Virus record (IMG/VR): IMGVR_UViG_3300007511_000007
Coordinates: 48,372-112,371 of that record
Source of the DNA: a virus
Length of the DNA: 64,000 nt
Direction: 5' to 3' (one strand)
The notes below the pieces were generated by a model. That model was not told the DNA's origin and did not search any database. It saw nothing but the letters and a program-made list of their open reading frames with translations. Shown in pieces: positions 9,048 through 19,414 of this stretch. The position numbers and the translations under genes were made by a program. The first letter of the stretch is position 1. Every line of letters begins with the position of its first letter.

Positions 9048-10903
9048 GCCCCCCTCCACGCTGATCTAGCCCTTTGAACGTCTACTCTTCGAGAATCATG
9101 GCTCCCGGTACGATGCAGCCGTTTGAAGTTCGAGCTTCTTGTGCCTGCTCGACGAGCCATTCCCTGTCCCTTTCCGGTACCTTTGGACATGTACTTGGGT
9201 TGGGTGATTCTCTGTGTAGCCAACCAGATCATCCTCACCAGAGCGTCTGAACGGTCGTCGTGTTTCCCTTCAATGTTCGGAGCCTGAACCTTGGTGATGT
9301 GTTTGGAAACCCGTTCTTCCTGCAACTCTAACAACTCGGTGACATACCCACAGTGCGTTTCGCCATCGGCAATAGGCCAATCGTAGAGGACAACTCTACG
9401 ATCCCACATCATGTCTTTGAAGGTCTTGAAGATTTCTGAGTTGATAATTGGCGTCAGTTGTTTGGTCTTCATCCCTTTGACACCACGTTTCATCAACGCC
9501 TGCTCAAAGGGGATTCCGGCCCACTGGTCAAACAATCCCTCTGCAACATAGAAGCGGGACGCATGTGCTTTGACCCAATCCGCAACCTCATCGAACTCCA
9601 GGCGATCCTGTTGAGCGTATTTGCCTTCCCCGGCTTTGATCTGATCCACAAGGTCAACCACCACAACCGGCCCCATCTCGGGGTCTTGCTCGATATGCCC
9701 AATTGCGATTGCTGAACCGTCTCCTTTCAACCCAACGTCAATCCCCACGAAATGAGGTACCTTGGTGGGGCCTGATGTCTGGGGTCTGCGATCAGGGTCG
9801 ATACATGCGATCAAGTCCCGCTCGTCCTCGATCCAACCCTTGGTTCGGTCGGTAAACTCGGCTCCGTATTCGGTGAAGAACTCGGTGGGGTCTTTGAGAT
9901 ACTGCTTCATGTACTCAGCTTTGGGAACCGTGGGGTTAATTTCCCAAGTTGGTGCCTGAATACACAGCATGTCTTCCGCTACCTCACCACCCCGCATCGC
10001 CATCTGGAACTGCTTGTAGAACAACCCCTGCCGCCCCATTGGGGATGAAATCAGGATCATGCGAGCTTCAACGTTCCCAATGGGGACTCTGGGATCGTCA
10101 GGGTCTTTAGGGGAGAACGCTGACAGAGAAGGCTTGATAGCTCCATAGACGGCATCCGCACTGGACTGCCCCGATTCTACAAAGTGGGCAACCTCATCCA
10201 AGATGACAACCAGGTTACCTGCACCTCGAAGCCCCTTGGCAACACAAGACTTGAACGTCACATTGATACTGGCCTTGGCCGCAGGGTCTTCGCTGTATCT
10301 CCCAAACCGATTAATGTCCTTTGGGGTCTGGAACTTCGCATAGGACATTGTGTTGTTGGCCGTGAACGTTTTGAAGAAACCACATTGACGGAAGTGGTTC
10401 GACACCCCCTGATAGAGCAACCCCGCCTGATCCTTGTCCGTCGCTACAGACGTGATTTGGATCATATCCGAACCCGGGAGTCCGTAATATGCCTGCGGGT
10501 CTCCCTTGCTCAAGAGCTTGTACGTTTCGTAGGCTGCAATACAGGCAGAAATCAGAGTCTTCCCTGACCGTCTTCCCAATGACAAAACCATTTCCCGACG
10601 TTCATCCCCGGCGACTACTTGCCGGATATTACATCGGCCTTCATCATACATGTGACGAAGGTAAGCTGCCTCCGTCATCATCTCGATATCTTCCAGCCTC
10701 CAATCGTCGGGGACCGGGACTATCTTCTCTTTCGTGTCGAGAGGCACCCCATAGTGAGCCTTCAGAATGACTCTTTGAGCGGGGAACAACTTGAAATTCA
10801 GCCCCCACCCGGATTCAATGAAAGTGATAATGTCGACAATCTTTCGCCCTTGATCAGGGTTAATCCCACCACCAGCATGTTTGACCAGGTCACCAAGACT
10901 CAT
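9026..10903 (-). CDS. terL: Terminase large subunit
   Basis: Walker A LGRRSGKT, Walker B VVILDEVAH, motif III LISSP, nuclease GIDVG and HDDRSD; ATG 10903 overlaps the upstream stop (ATGA). Confidence 0.93.
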   Translation of the reverse strand: MSLGDLVKHAGGGINPDQGRKIVDIITFIESGWGLNFKLFPAQRVILKAHYGVPLDTKEKIVPVPDDWRLEDIEMMTEAAYLRHMYDEGRCNIRQVVAGDERREMVLSLGRRSGKTLISACIAAYETYKLLSKGDPQAYYGLPGSDMIQITSVATDKDQAGLLYQGVSNHFRQCGFFKTFTANNTMSYAKFQTPKDINRFGRYSEDPAAKASINVTFKSCVAKGLRGAGNLVVILDEVAHFVESGQSSADAVYGAIKPSLSAFSPKDPDDPRVPIGNVEARMILISSPMGRQGLFYKQFQMAMRGGEVAEDMLCIQAPTWEINPTVPKAEYMKQYLKDPTEFFTEYGAEFTDRTKGWIEDERDLIACIDPDRRPQTSGPTKVPHFVGIDVGLKGDGSAIAIGHIEQDPEMGPVVVVDLVDQIKAGEGKYAQQDRLEFDEVADWVKAHASRFYVAEGLFDQWAGIPFEQALMKRGVKGMKTKQLTPIINSEIFKTFKDMMWDRRVVLYDWPIADGETHCGYVTELLELQEERVSKHITKVQAPNIEGKHDDRSDALVRMIWLATQRITQPKYMSKGTGKGQGMARRAGTRSSNFKRLHRTGSHDSRRVDVQRARSAWRGAWSRSRR

Positions 10904-11598
10904 GAGGGTACCCCCCGGATGGTATTCTTGATTTTGTTCTTGGCCTCTTGTTCCCAATGGGCATCCATCTTCTTGGAGAGGTTATCGAACACAAGATCAA
11001 CCATCTCCGAAGGCAATCCGGATTCTCGCATAGCGTATTGGAACGTCTGCATGATATGGGAAAAGAGTGTCTTGAAAGCGGGGCTGTCGAACTCCAGGGT
11101 TGACGAATCGATCTCTTTCTTCTTCTTGAGCCACGTTTCCCCAATCGTGCGCAGAGCTTTCAGCCGACGGCTAGAAAACCCCGAAGTGCTGTCCCCCTCT
11201 CTTTCGGCCACACTCTTGTCATAGTCCAGGGACGCCGCCTCCTTAGCCATCTCCTTGAGGATGTGGTCAAGAATGTCGGTCGAGTCAGGATTCTTCCCCA
11301 TGGCTGTTACGATTGGATCATTCACGACGACGGATTCTCGTTGTCGCACCCATTCTGCCACTTCCGGATTTTTGGGGTCGGGCAAAGACACTTTCGGTTT
11401 ACCGACACCCCCCTTACGGCCGGGGAGATTCTTCATCACGATGGGTTCACCGGATTTCTTGGTCACTATCGTATCGGTTGTCTTTACCTCATCTCGATTC
11501 CGCCACCGAAGATTGCCGTCTTTATCCGTTACTTTTACTCGGAGAGCGTCCTTGGGGAGTTTGGCCGCAATCGCTTTCGCGTTTTGTTTACCCGACAT
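10900..11598 (-). CDS. Putative terminase small subunit
   Basis: Directly upstream of and translationally coupled to terL; basic N-terminus and helical C-terminus; positional inference only. Confidence 0.5.
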   Translation of the reverse strand: MSGKQNAKAIAAKLPKDALRVKVTDKDGNLRWRNRDEVKTTDTIVTKKSGEPIVMKNLPGRKGGVGKPKVSLPDPKNPEVAEWVRQRESVVVNDPIVTAMGKNPDSTDILDHILKEMAKEAASLDYDKSVAEREGDSTSGFSSRRLKALRTIGETWLKKKKEIDSSTLEFDSPAFKTLFSHIMQTFQYAMRESGLPSEMVDLVFDNLSKKMDAHWEQEAKNKIKNTIRGVPS

Positions 11599-11624
11599 AA
11601 TAACCTCACGGCTCCATAATACCG

Positions 11625-11654
11625 CTCAAAAACAGCATTTTTATAAGGTATTTA
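11625..11654 (-). promoter_or_regulatory. Putative late promoter motif, copy 2
   Basis: TAAATACCTTAT-N14-TGAG upstream of the terminase/portal operon. Confidence 0.55.
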
Positions 11655-11670
11655 GTGTGATCCGAGACGA

Positions 11671-12240
11671 TCAGGTATGGATTGCAGGGCCAATCGTGGG
11701 GGCACCAACAGTCAAGAATCCAGTCGTAGGAGCTAACACGAAGTTGGTCTTTGTCCCCAGATGTTCCACGGTGAACGGAACTAAACCACCCCCTGGTCCC
11801 ATTGGACCAGTGATGTTGATCACCCCCAATCCAGCATCCGTTCCGGTGAAACCGGGGAGATTGTTGAGCATTGTTGCCAAAGCTGCAGCCACATTCAAGA
11901 GAGTCGGATTCGGGTACGCCGCTAATGCCATGATGGGTGGGGCTGTGGCGACCTCAAACTGAATATCTCCAAGGGTGAGGTAAACAAACCCGGTACCAAG
12001 CTCACAATTCCCTGCCCCATCCGTGTTCTGTACGGTGAGAGTTCCGGTGGAGACTGCGGCTGCCCCAGTGGACATCCCCTGAACATTGATACCATCCGAA
12101 AACTCGAATACCTGATCCTGAACAGCATTTCGCCAACTACCGCTACTATGGGGGTGTGCTTGTCCTTTACCGGGATCACCACCAAATTGTCCCGTGCCCA
12201 CGAGCTTCCGAAACGGCGGTTTGTTCTTTACGGTTTTCAT
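11671..12240 (-). CDS. Hypothetical Gly/Thr-rich protein, possibly a virion structural protein
   Basis: Beta-rich, G/T/A-rich composition; ATG 12240 overlaps the upstream stop. Confidence 0.6.
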   Translation of the reverse strand: MKTVKNKPPFRKLVGTGQFGGDPGKGQAHPHSSGSWRNAVQDQVFEFSDGINVQGMSTGAAAVSTGTLTVQNTDGAGNCELGTGFVYLTLGDIQFEVATAPPIMALAAYPNPTLLNVAAALATMLNNLPGFTGTDAGLGVINITGPMGPGGGLVPFTVEHLGTKTNFVLAPTTGFLTVGAPTIGPAIHT

Positions 12241-13136
12241 TTCTGCCACTCCCCCAAACTGAACCACAGGGATTCCAGATCAGCATCTGCTGTCCGACCC
12301 CCCTGGAAATGATGCAGAGCATCTCGGAATGACGTGAAGAATGCCGAAATCATGCTGTTCGGGCCTTCCACGAACTTGAACTCTCTCGTGTAACTGCCAA
12401 AGAGCATATTACGAAGGAACACCTTCAGTCTCTTTGCCCACGGCGCATTGACCTTGGGTACCGTCTTCATGAATTTCTCAAGATTCTCTTTTGTGGGTGG
12501 CGAATAGGTCAGAGCATCCAAGCGTTTGACCGTGGAATCCCACTTCGGGTTGTCCTTCAACCACTGGATAACCGCCTTTTCCCAAACCTGAGATTCTCGC
12601 TTGAACAGAATAGCCCCGGTCTTCAAGAGAGGTTCTTCAAAATTCGCCCAACGCTGTGGACTCCCCGCACTATGCCACGCCCTTTCCCACGCAACGTCCT
12701 TATGCGCCCGCTGTTGCAACAAGTACAAGCTTTCATCGTGTTGGCTCACAAGGTCTTCGAGAAACACTTTCCACCCGGTCGGCATCTCATCAACGATCCT
12801 GCCTTTCACCATGTCCACAAAGACCAACTCGGCCTTGAGAGCACGTTCTACAGGATCAGGGATGTCCCAAAAGATCTTAAGATAGTCCGTCATCCTTTTT
12901 GCTGAATCAGGGCCGTCTACAGTTTGCCATCCAAAAAGCCCGACAATCCGTTCTGCCAGCCCGTCGATCTGGGCATCTGCCGCCTCATAAAGCCGTTGAA
13001 ACAAGAGATGATCCTGATAGAAGAATTTGCCTCTCGCCTGCCAATGGGAGGTTTGATACATCCATGAGAGCGTTCTCAGCAACCCGAGAATAAGGGCTGC
13101 GTCTCTTCTCTCAGGTTCTTTGAACGCCAGTTTCAT
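12237..13136 (-). CDS. Dps/ferritin-like domain protein with an unknown C-terminal module
   Basis: TSHWQARGKFFYQDHLLFQRLYE...IDGLAERI matches the Dps-family HW-x2-G-x5-H..D..AER pattern. Confidence 0.72.
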   Translation of the reverse strand: MKLAFKEPERRDAALILGLLRTLSWMYQTSHWQARGKFFYQDHLLFQRLYEAADAQIDGLAERIVGLFGWQTVDGPDSAKRMTDYLKIFWDIPDPVERALKAELVFVDMVKGRIVDEMPTGWKVFLEDLVSQHDESLYLLQQRAHKDVAWERAWHSAGSPQRWANFEEPLLKTGAILFKRESQVWEKAVIQWLKDNPKWDSTVKRLDALTYSPPTKENLEKFMKTVPKVNAPWAKRLKVFLRNMLFGSYTREFKFVEGPNSMISAFFTSFRDALHHFQGGRTADADLESLWFSLGEWQK

Positions 13137-15595
13137 ATCTCGAAGCCCCCACCAAAGAAGATGTCCCCGATGTCTCCGAAGTCAGGATCATCACTCAATT
13201 TGATATTATCCGTAGCAGAACCGAGATCGAACTCAGCGGGGTCATGTGCTGGGGCGAAAAGGCTCGCCGTCATCTCAGCATCACCTGCTCCTGCGGCTTT
13301 GATGTTGGCCTGTTTCACTTTCTCGATTGCCGCCCCGTCCCCGCTCTCTGCTGCTATCAATGTCTTGTTGTACTTCTGACAAACTTGGGCTTCAATGGGC
13401 TGGTCGTCTGCCCCGGTGATCAATTTGGCATTGGCGAACTTGCAGGCATGGCAACGCTCCATCTCCAGAAGCATCGGGATACCATTGACCCGATGTTTTG
13501 ACGCCCCTTTGTCACAACCCTTGGTGCCTGTCTTGCTCGCATACACATGCGGGTCAACATAAAGGAATCCAGCAGCCCCCTCATGCGCCTTCCGCAGGGT
13601 GCTGATGGCCTCTTGTGCGGCCAAACGGACATCGCTGGTAAGGCGCATCTTGATGAGGTCATCCAGATCCTTCCCAGCGGAACCCTCATTCATAGCTTTG
13701 GCTACCCACAGCAATGACGCTCGCAATTTCTTCGGCTGTGCGTTGATCCATTCCGACACTTCCTGTACGGAAGCGGTTTTCTTGGCAGCTACTTGCTTGC
13801 GCTGAGGCACTGCAGCCTCAAACCTGTGTCCTTTGTAGTCTTCTGTCTGAGCCGCATTTTTCAGACTGGCCACTACCTGCCGCCCCAGCTTGAGTGCTTC
13901 ATCCACTACCGCTGCGGGGGAACGTCCCCCTTCTTTGTACAGTTGTTTCCGCAATTCAGGGGTGATCATCACACCATTGGATTCAATGGACTCTGTGAGA
14001 AGGCGTTTTACAGCTTGAGATTGTTTGTGGTACCAGTCGAGAAACTCAGAGTTCTGCTTGATTGCAGCCCCCTTGGGACTCCGATAGGCATTCGCCTTGT
14101 AATTGCCCCCGACATATTCCTTCGTCTCCGTAGCCTGAACCCCTTTCTTCCTTACCGCCGTCAAAGCCAGCACCATCGCTTCCCGAGGGGACTTACCCAA
14201 GGAAAAGATGCGATTGACTTCAGTGGCCGAAAGCACCCCGGCTGAGACATATTTCTTTTCGAGGTATTCACGAGCTTGTTTGTTCTGTGCCGCCCACATC
14301 TCCTGAGTCTCCATTGCGGTCTTGGACTCAGCCCGGGACAAGAGTTCCCATGCATTGCGGGTTTCCCGTTCGTCCGGGGCAGCAGCAATAAACGAGACCC
14401 CGATTCCATCATACTCTTTGCTGGGTGCCGTCGCCGCAACAAGTTTGGTCGCCGCTTTGAGGACATCAGCAGGGGGAGCCGTGGATTGGAACAGACGTTT
14501 GGCGGCTTCCTGGCTCAAAAGCCCGGCCCGCATCTTCTGTGCAATCCAGCCATGCGCTTTCTTACGCTGACCTTTGATGACCCTTTGCCCGACACTCACT
14601 TGCTGGCGAGGCTCGGGAGTTGCCGCTGCGAATTGCTTCTGAGCTTCCTCAGAAGTCACGGTATCAACAGCCTTCACCTCAACCGGCTTGAAACTGTCCT
14701 TTGCTGCCGACTCACCCGGGCCAGCGAGAAATGCTTTTTTCAAAATCTCAGGCGGGGCCAGATCCCCGTCTTCGGTGAGCACATAACCCAAAGACTGGAG
14801 CTTGGGGCCGTAGTGGGCCATCGCTTCGTCCCACGGCATCACTACCACAGCTTCCTTGCCCACGACCCCCCCGACGGGGCTTCCTTCTTCCGCAATGATG
14901 TACTTGGCACTCCCGCACTTCTTACGGATTATTTCCTTCCATTTCCCATTCTTCAGCCCGGGAAAAGCTGCTGCTCGAATGAAGACCTTACCTGCCAGCC
15001 CGTGCTCATTCACGAGCCTCCTCATTGTTTGGGCGATCCTGGGGAAGTCGGGGCCAAGTTCCTCGCGGGCTTCTTTGATGATCTCCGCAATCGGGTACCC
15101 ATAAGCTGATTTCCGCATCGCCCGCTGGACGACTCGAAGCAGATCTTCCGTACTAGCCTTCTTCGCCGTGGGTGTCGAGGCGTGGCTTTCCTTGTAGGGC
15201 AAACGTTGGTTGACCCCATCTGTTCTATGCTCAACGCCCCATGCTTGCTCCAACTCTTCAATCCCTTTGTCCACGGGGTTTACCGGAAGTCGATCTGGAT
15301 CTTGCTCACCATGCAACCAGCCCAGCCCGGCAAGGCTGCCCTCTTTCATCAGTTGATCCAAATCCCCGATCTGATGGCTCGCAGACTGACTGTCTACATC
15401 CCCTTCGGGAACGGCATCTACAACCAGACCGTCAGGAAGATCTGCCAACCCGTGTACTTCAGGCAGTCTCGCATTGTCCAGGACGCCGCTTCCATACTCC
15501 GTGTCGAATTGAAATCCGTCCAGACCGTAATTGTACCCATCGGTCATGGTGAAATCATCAGACGGCATGTTGGATTTCGATTTCTTATCAGTCAT
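13133..15595 (-). CDS. Large hypothetical protein (820 aa) with acidic termini and a Cys cluster; possible head/scaffold protein
   Basis: Long ORF with GCDKG..RCHACKF..VCQKY; contains KKA and KKTA sites. Confidence 0.75.
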   Translation of the reverse strand: MTDKKSKSNMPSDDFTMTDGYNYGLDGFQFDTEYGSGVLDNARLPEVHGLADLPDGLVVDAVPEGDVDSQSASHQIGDLDQLMKEGSLAGLGWLHGEQDPDRLPVNPVDKGIEELEQAWGVEHRTDGVNQRLPYKESHASTPTAKKASTEDLLRVVQRAMRKSAYGYPIAEIIKEAREELGPDFPRIAQTMRRLVNEHGLAGKVFIRAAAFPGLKNGKWKEIIRKKCGSAKYIIAEEGSPVGGVVGKEAVVVMPWDEAMAHYGPKLQSLGYVLTEDGDLAPPEILKKAFLAGPGESAAKDSFKPVEVKAVDTVTSEEAQKQFAAATPEPRQQVSVGQRVIKGQRKKAHGWIAQKMRAGLLSQEAAKRLFQSTAPPADVLKAATKLVAATAPSKEYDGIGVSFIAAAPDERETRNAWELLSRAESKTAMETQEMWAAQNKQAREYLEKKYVSAGVLSATEVNRIFSLGKSPREAMVLALTAVRKKGVQATETKEYVGGNYKANAYRSPKGAAIKQNSEFLDWYHKQSQAVKRLLTESIESNGVMITPELRKQLYKEGGRSPAAVVDEALKLGRQVVASLKNAAQTEDYKGHRFEAAVPQRKQVAAKKTASVQEVSEWINAQPKKLRASLLWVAKAMNEGSAGKDLDDLIKMRLTSDVRLAAQEAISTLRKAHEGAAGFLYVDPHVYASKTGTKGCDKGASKHRVNGIPMLLEMERCHACKFANAKLITGADDQPIEAQVCQKYNKTLIAAESGDGAAIEKVKQANIKAAGAGDAEMTASLFAPAHDPAEFDLGSATDNIKLSDDPDFGDIGDIFFGGGFEI

Positions 15596-16409
15596 GGATT
15601 TCTCCTAATGCTCGCCGTGCAGCAACCCTACGGGCAAGGTGTCTCTCTTTTTCCCGCAGCTTATCCAACCCTGTCTTCCCGAGAAGCTCACCTACGATCT
15701 TTTTATGAAGCAGAACCTGTCTCTTGTCCCCGATCAGGATAGTCCCCCTGCCAGTCTGGAACCCTAAGATGTTCCAGTACGATTCTAGTTCCTTCTTGTT
15801 CATCCGGGACAATTGTTTCCTAACGGACTTCTCATCCAAAGAATTGCTGGCTGTCTTCTTGGTGCCGTGTTCTTCGTCCATCTCCTCTTCTTCTTCCTCA
15901 GCCCAACCCTCAGGATCAGAACGGATATCCTCAGCGTCCTCAACGATATCCTTGACTTCCTGTTTCTCCTCGGGGGTTTCCTGACGGGAGATCGCAGCCC
16001 AGTGGGGAGCTTGCACTTCATCGTAAAGGGTGTCCGAGATTGCAGACAACGCCTCTATAACATTCATGAACTGGCGACGCATGTGCGTGATCTTCATCAC
16101 ATAACCCTTGCCGCCTAAGGAACCGTCGGGAGAGATTTTGGCCGATTTGAGTTTAGCAAAAGTGCTGTAAGCTGACATCGCATGTCCCAAAGCAGCAGAG
16201 CCTGAGCGTAAAACCTGAGCCACGGGTTTCATGTGCTTGGGGTTGAAGGCGTACTCAGGAGTAATCTGTCGTTCTGTCGCCCCGGTGTCCCCAAATGCCC
16301 ATTCGTTGCCGTCGTCACTCTTATCTTTGATGAACCGGACTTCACCTGCGGTTTTGAGATTTTTCCCCTTCAAGAACCGCTCTGAAACCCGTTTTTTGAG
16401 ATCGCTCAT
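15588..16409 (-). CDS. Hypothetical tagged protein
   Basis: N-terminal KRVSERFL..LKTA, internal KKTA, C-terminal RRVAARR. Confidence 0.75.
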   Translation of the reverse strand: MSDLKKRVSERFLKGKNLKTAGEVRFIKDKSDDGNEWAFGDTGATERQITPEYAFNPKHMKPVAQVLRSGSAALGHAMSAYSTFAKLKSAKISPDGSLGGKGYVMKITHMRRQFMNVIEALSAISDTLYDEVQAPHWAAISRQETPEEKQEVKDIVEDAEDIRSDPEGWAEEEEEEMDEEHGTKKTASNSLDEKSVRKQLSRMNKKELESYWNILGFQTGRGTILIGDKRQVLLHKKIVGELLGKTGLDKLREKERHLARRVAARRALGEIHD

Positions 16410-16433
16410 ATTGACACACCGCCCATAGTCAAT

Positions 16434-16462
16434 CCTATTCATTCCATACTATAGAGGGATTA
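16434..16462 (-). promoter_or_regulatory. Putative late promoter motif, copy 3
   Basis: TAATCCCTCTAT-N13-TAGG; the 12-mer is identical to the copy at 23321-23332. Confidence 0.65.
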
Positions 16463-16468
16463 ACCGCC

Positions 16469-17314
16469 CTAGAATGCTGCCACCTGTTCAGGACGGGCTT
16501 CGACCCCCATCGCTTCCCAGTTCACAATGAACCCCTTTTTAGGAACCCATTCAAGGTAGTGGTTCTTGACTAACCAGATGAGTCGGAGAGCAATCGTAAC
16601 GGGGAGAGCACCATAACCCAACCCAAACGCCGCGGCAATGAAACCTACCCCCGACTCGGGCAATGAAGCGAAAAGTTCCCCGAGAGAGATTGATCCCGTG
16701 AACCCGGCAATGAGTCCTTCGATGTCCCACGAAATTTCCGCAACATTGAACCACACCCAGGCGAAGATGAATGCCAAGAGTGGCTTCTGGAGAGTCGGGA
16801 GATGCTTCTTCAGCATACGGTCGAGCGGATCAACAACGTTGGTTTTCACTTTGGCCAGGAGAGCTTTCATTTTGGGGGACACTTTGATAATACGAGACAT
16901 CAAATCAGTCAGCCCAGGCATCTTCTTTTTCGAGACGAAGAAGATACAAAGAGGGAAAACCTCAACGATCTTCCGCATAACTTTGCCGAGGGCCTTCTTT
17001 CCCCGCTTCGCCCATTCCTTGATCTTCTTCGGGATTTCGGTGATTTTCTCAACCCCAAGGAGAGCCTTGAACTTCGTCCAGAGTCTCGGAGCCTGCCGGA
17101 ACAAGTTAAGCAGTTTCTTCAGTCGCCTGACCAAGCCTCCGAAAGCGACTCTCCCCTCATGCGTCAAGAGAACTTCGCCCAACGCCGCCAATACCTCGGG
17201 TGTCAGATCGTCAAGGGCTGCTGTCCGGTGGAGGAAACTCTCCTCGTAGTACACCTCTCTCGCAGCTTTCAGGATGAGGTAACGATCTGAGACTGTGGCG
17301 ACAGTGGTTTTCAT
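16469..17314 (-). CDS. Hypothetical tagged protein with hydrophobic, possibly membrane, C-terminal helices
   Basis: TVSDRYL, HRTA, GRVA; hydrophobic segments LLAFIFAWVWFNV and GFIAAAFGLGYGAL. Confidence 0.72.
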   Translation of the reverse strand: MKTTVATVSDRYLILKAAREVYYEESFLHRTAALDDLTPEVLAALGEVLLTHEGRVAFGGLVRRLKKLLNLFRQAPRLWTKFKALLGVEKITEIPKKIKEWAKRGKKALGKVMRKIVEVFPLCIFFVSKKKMPGLTDLMSRIIKVSPKMKALLAKVKTNVVDPLDRMLKKHLPTLQKPLLAFIFAWVWFNVAEISWDIEGLIAGFTGSISLGELFASLPESGVGFIAAAFGLGYGALPVTIALRLIWLVKNHYLEWVPKKGFIVNWEAMGVEARPEQVAAF

Positions 17315-18036
17315 TTTGATTCTTCGAGATACCTTTTTGCCACGTTTCCTGCGAGTAGCCTCGGCCCCATGCCCAATTCTCTCTCAGGTTTCTCCCACCA
17401 GTCTTCCCGTTCCAGAATATCGATCCAGAAGGCAGGGTTCCCCATTGTTTTCTTGGCTTCCTTTTGGTACTTGGCGATAGACAGAAAGAATTTGATAAGA
17501 CTCTTTTTGGGTTTCAAGAATTGGGCAGCATTGTCGTGCAGCCACTGCACTCCAGCCCGCCGCAGCTTTTGTTCACTCCGTAAGCGTGAGACTAGGAGAA
17601 ATTTCTTCAAAGCATCACTGATCGCCCTCATATCCAGATCGGCAATATCAGTAACATAGCGGTATTCTGGTGCCGCCGATTCCCCGGTAAGACGCATCTT
17701 CAATCCCGAGTCCCGTAATACCTGAAGCTCAAAAACACGTTCATTCTCCCTGTCGACCTCGTATTCGACATCCTCATAAGCTGAGAGATCGAAATCGGCC
17801 TTAATGCTCGCCACCGGAACCCCGTAATGGGCAGCAACTGCGGCGAGCATCTTTCGGTAAGGGACTGTCGGGAAAATGACCTTCTTGGAGAGGGGGGATT
17901 TCCCCCTCTTTCGCAGCTTCATCTTATCGGCAAGGACTTCGGAAGCCGTATTCGAATAGAAGTAATGGTGGGGATTCTGCTCCAAAGAACGAAGTAGACT
18001 CTCAGAGATCGGTGTCACCACTGCTGGATCAGCCAT
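17311..18036 (-). CDS. Hypothetical tagged protein
   Basis: RBS AGGAG; C-terminal NVAKRYL. Confidence 0.72.
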   Translation of the reverse strand: MADPAVVTPISESLLRSLEQNPHHYFYSNTASEVLADKMKLRKRGKSPLSKKVIFPTVPYRKMLAAVAAHYGVPVASIKADFDLSAYEDVEYEVDRENERVFELQVLRDSGLKMRLTGESAAPEYRYVTDIADLDMRAISDALKKFLLVSRLRSEQKLRRAGVQWLHDNAAQFLKPKKSLIKFFLSIAKYQKEAKKTMGNPAFWIDILEREDWWEKPERELGMGPRLLAGNVAKRYLEESK

Positions 18037-18048
18037 CTTGTTCTCCTC

Positions 18049-18432
18049 CTACTTCTTCAACAAGGGGACAAGGTGCTTCCTCAACTCGGGCTTCTCTTGC
18101 GCCAACTTCTGAACCGCTTCCCGCAAATCAGAATCCGTGGAAGCGAACATCCCCGAGGGCAATTTGATCCCGACTGCATTTGCGGCCTTGAACACGTTAT
18201 TACGGAGCAATGAAATGTCCCACTTCTTAGCGTACTGGACGATCCCTTGCAACCGACTCAAAGCGTGTTCTGCCCCTGAACTCAAATCGAGTTCCTTGGA
18301 AATCTTGTCAAAGGTGGCATTTAACAATTCTGCCGACTGCTTGTCTTCTTTCTCGATCACTCGATAGGCATCAAAGAACTTCCGCCGCCCCCCAAGTAAC
18401 TCCCACAAAATGTCCATGCCTGAATTTGCCAT
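18049..18432 (-). CDS. Hypothetical protein with the shared C-terminal helix
   Basis: Ends LREAVQKLAQEKPELRKHLVPLLKK. Confidence 0.75.
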   Translation of the reverse strand: MANSGMDILWELLGGRRKFFDAYRVIEKEDKQSAELLNATFDKISKELDLSSGAEHALSRLQGIVQYAKKWDISLLRNNVFKAANAVGIKLPSGMFASTDSDLREAVQKLAQEKPELRKHLVPLLKK

Positions 18433-18444
18433 CGTTATTCTCCC

Positions 18445-19038
18445 CTACACCTTGAGAGGTGCGCCCGTGTCATCGAAGAGACGTTCCAGAACGTAGTCCT
18501 CTCCATCCTTCTGGAAAGACCACAGGTCTTGGGTGGCCTTGTGTACCAAGTCCTCCTCACTGGTCTTATCAAAGAACTGTGAAATGTCCCCGAGGTTGCT
18601 GGTAACAATTCTGAAGTTACTGGCGGTCTTCATTGTGCTCGGGGCAAGCCTGAGATGCTCCGGGTGCATCGTCCTGAATTCCCCGTCATCCCAGCTTACA
18701 AAAACTCGGCCATTGAAATGCGTGGTATCGCCATCTGCGGTACGAACCGCCACAATGGTGCCTAACACATGAGGCTCGGGCACATTGTCATAAGTCAGCA
18801 GGGAACCAACGTTCGAGGTAAAGGACACTCTGGTACCCGCAACAGCATCAAGAGACAATGCATTGGCGGCCCTGGCCTGATCGGTAAGATCTCGCAACGA
18901 AGTTGAATGGCTCCCCTCAAGTTGCCTCCCATCCATGCGAGTTTCCTGCGCCTCAGCCAAATGCTCCGTGAAGGTGTCGCCCCCGGTAGGAACAAAAGAC
19001 CCGGTGATAAATTGATCCCAGTATTCGTCGTGGCTCAT
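18445..19038 (-). CDS. Hypothetical protein with an SH3-like central segment
   Basis: ATG 19038; GTIVAV..VFVSWDDG..HPEHL is SH3/KOW-like; MKTA site. Confidence 0.68.
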   Translation of the reverse strand: MSHDEYWDQFITGSFVPTGGDTFTEHLAEAQETRMDGRQLEGSHSTSLRDLTDQARAANALSLDAVAGTRVSFTSNVGSLLTYDNVPEPHVLGTIVAVRTADGDTTHFNGRVFVSWDDGEFRTMHPEHLRLAPSTMKTASNFRIVTSNLGDISQFFDKTSEEDLVHKATQDLWSFQKDGEDYVLERLFDDTGAPLKV

Positions 19039-19039
19039 G

Positions 19040-19414
19040 TTAATGCCCCCATCCTGCTGCTGTTTGCGACTTCGGTTTGCCATCCCACGGATACGCCGAA
19101 GCGTAACTAGCGATGTTGAGATATGGCTCGTCTCGATACACCTTCGGGAATTTTCGCAGAGCTTTTCCAACGAACTTGCCTTTCACGGGGACGACATAAT
19201 CAGCCCCTCGTACTTCTCTCACGACCTTATTGGCCACTTTGCGGATAGCAATCGATTTGGCTCCGACCTTCACCACCTGATAGTAGTCGATGTTTGTCTG
19301 ATTGTATCCAAAACTGGCGACAAAAATGTCTCCGACCTGAATCATCTTGATAGCTTCCGTGGGAGCATTACTCAGCAACCACCTTCTAGCCACTCTCTGA
19401 AACTGGTTATTCAT
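19040..19414 (-). CDS. Small tagged protein with an SH3-like VGDIF..GYxQTN domain
   Basis: N-terminal QRVARRWL, then IQVGDIFVASFGYNQTNIDYYQVV. Confidence 0.75.
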   Translation of the reverse strand: MNNQFQRVARRWLLSNAPTEAIKMIQVGDIFVASFGYNQTNIDYYQVVKVGAKSIAIRKVANKVVREVRGADYVVPVKGKFVGKALRKFPKVYRDEPYLNIASYASAYPWDGKPKSQTAAGWGH

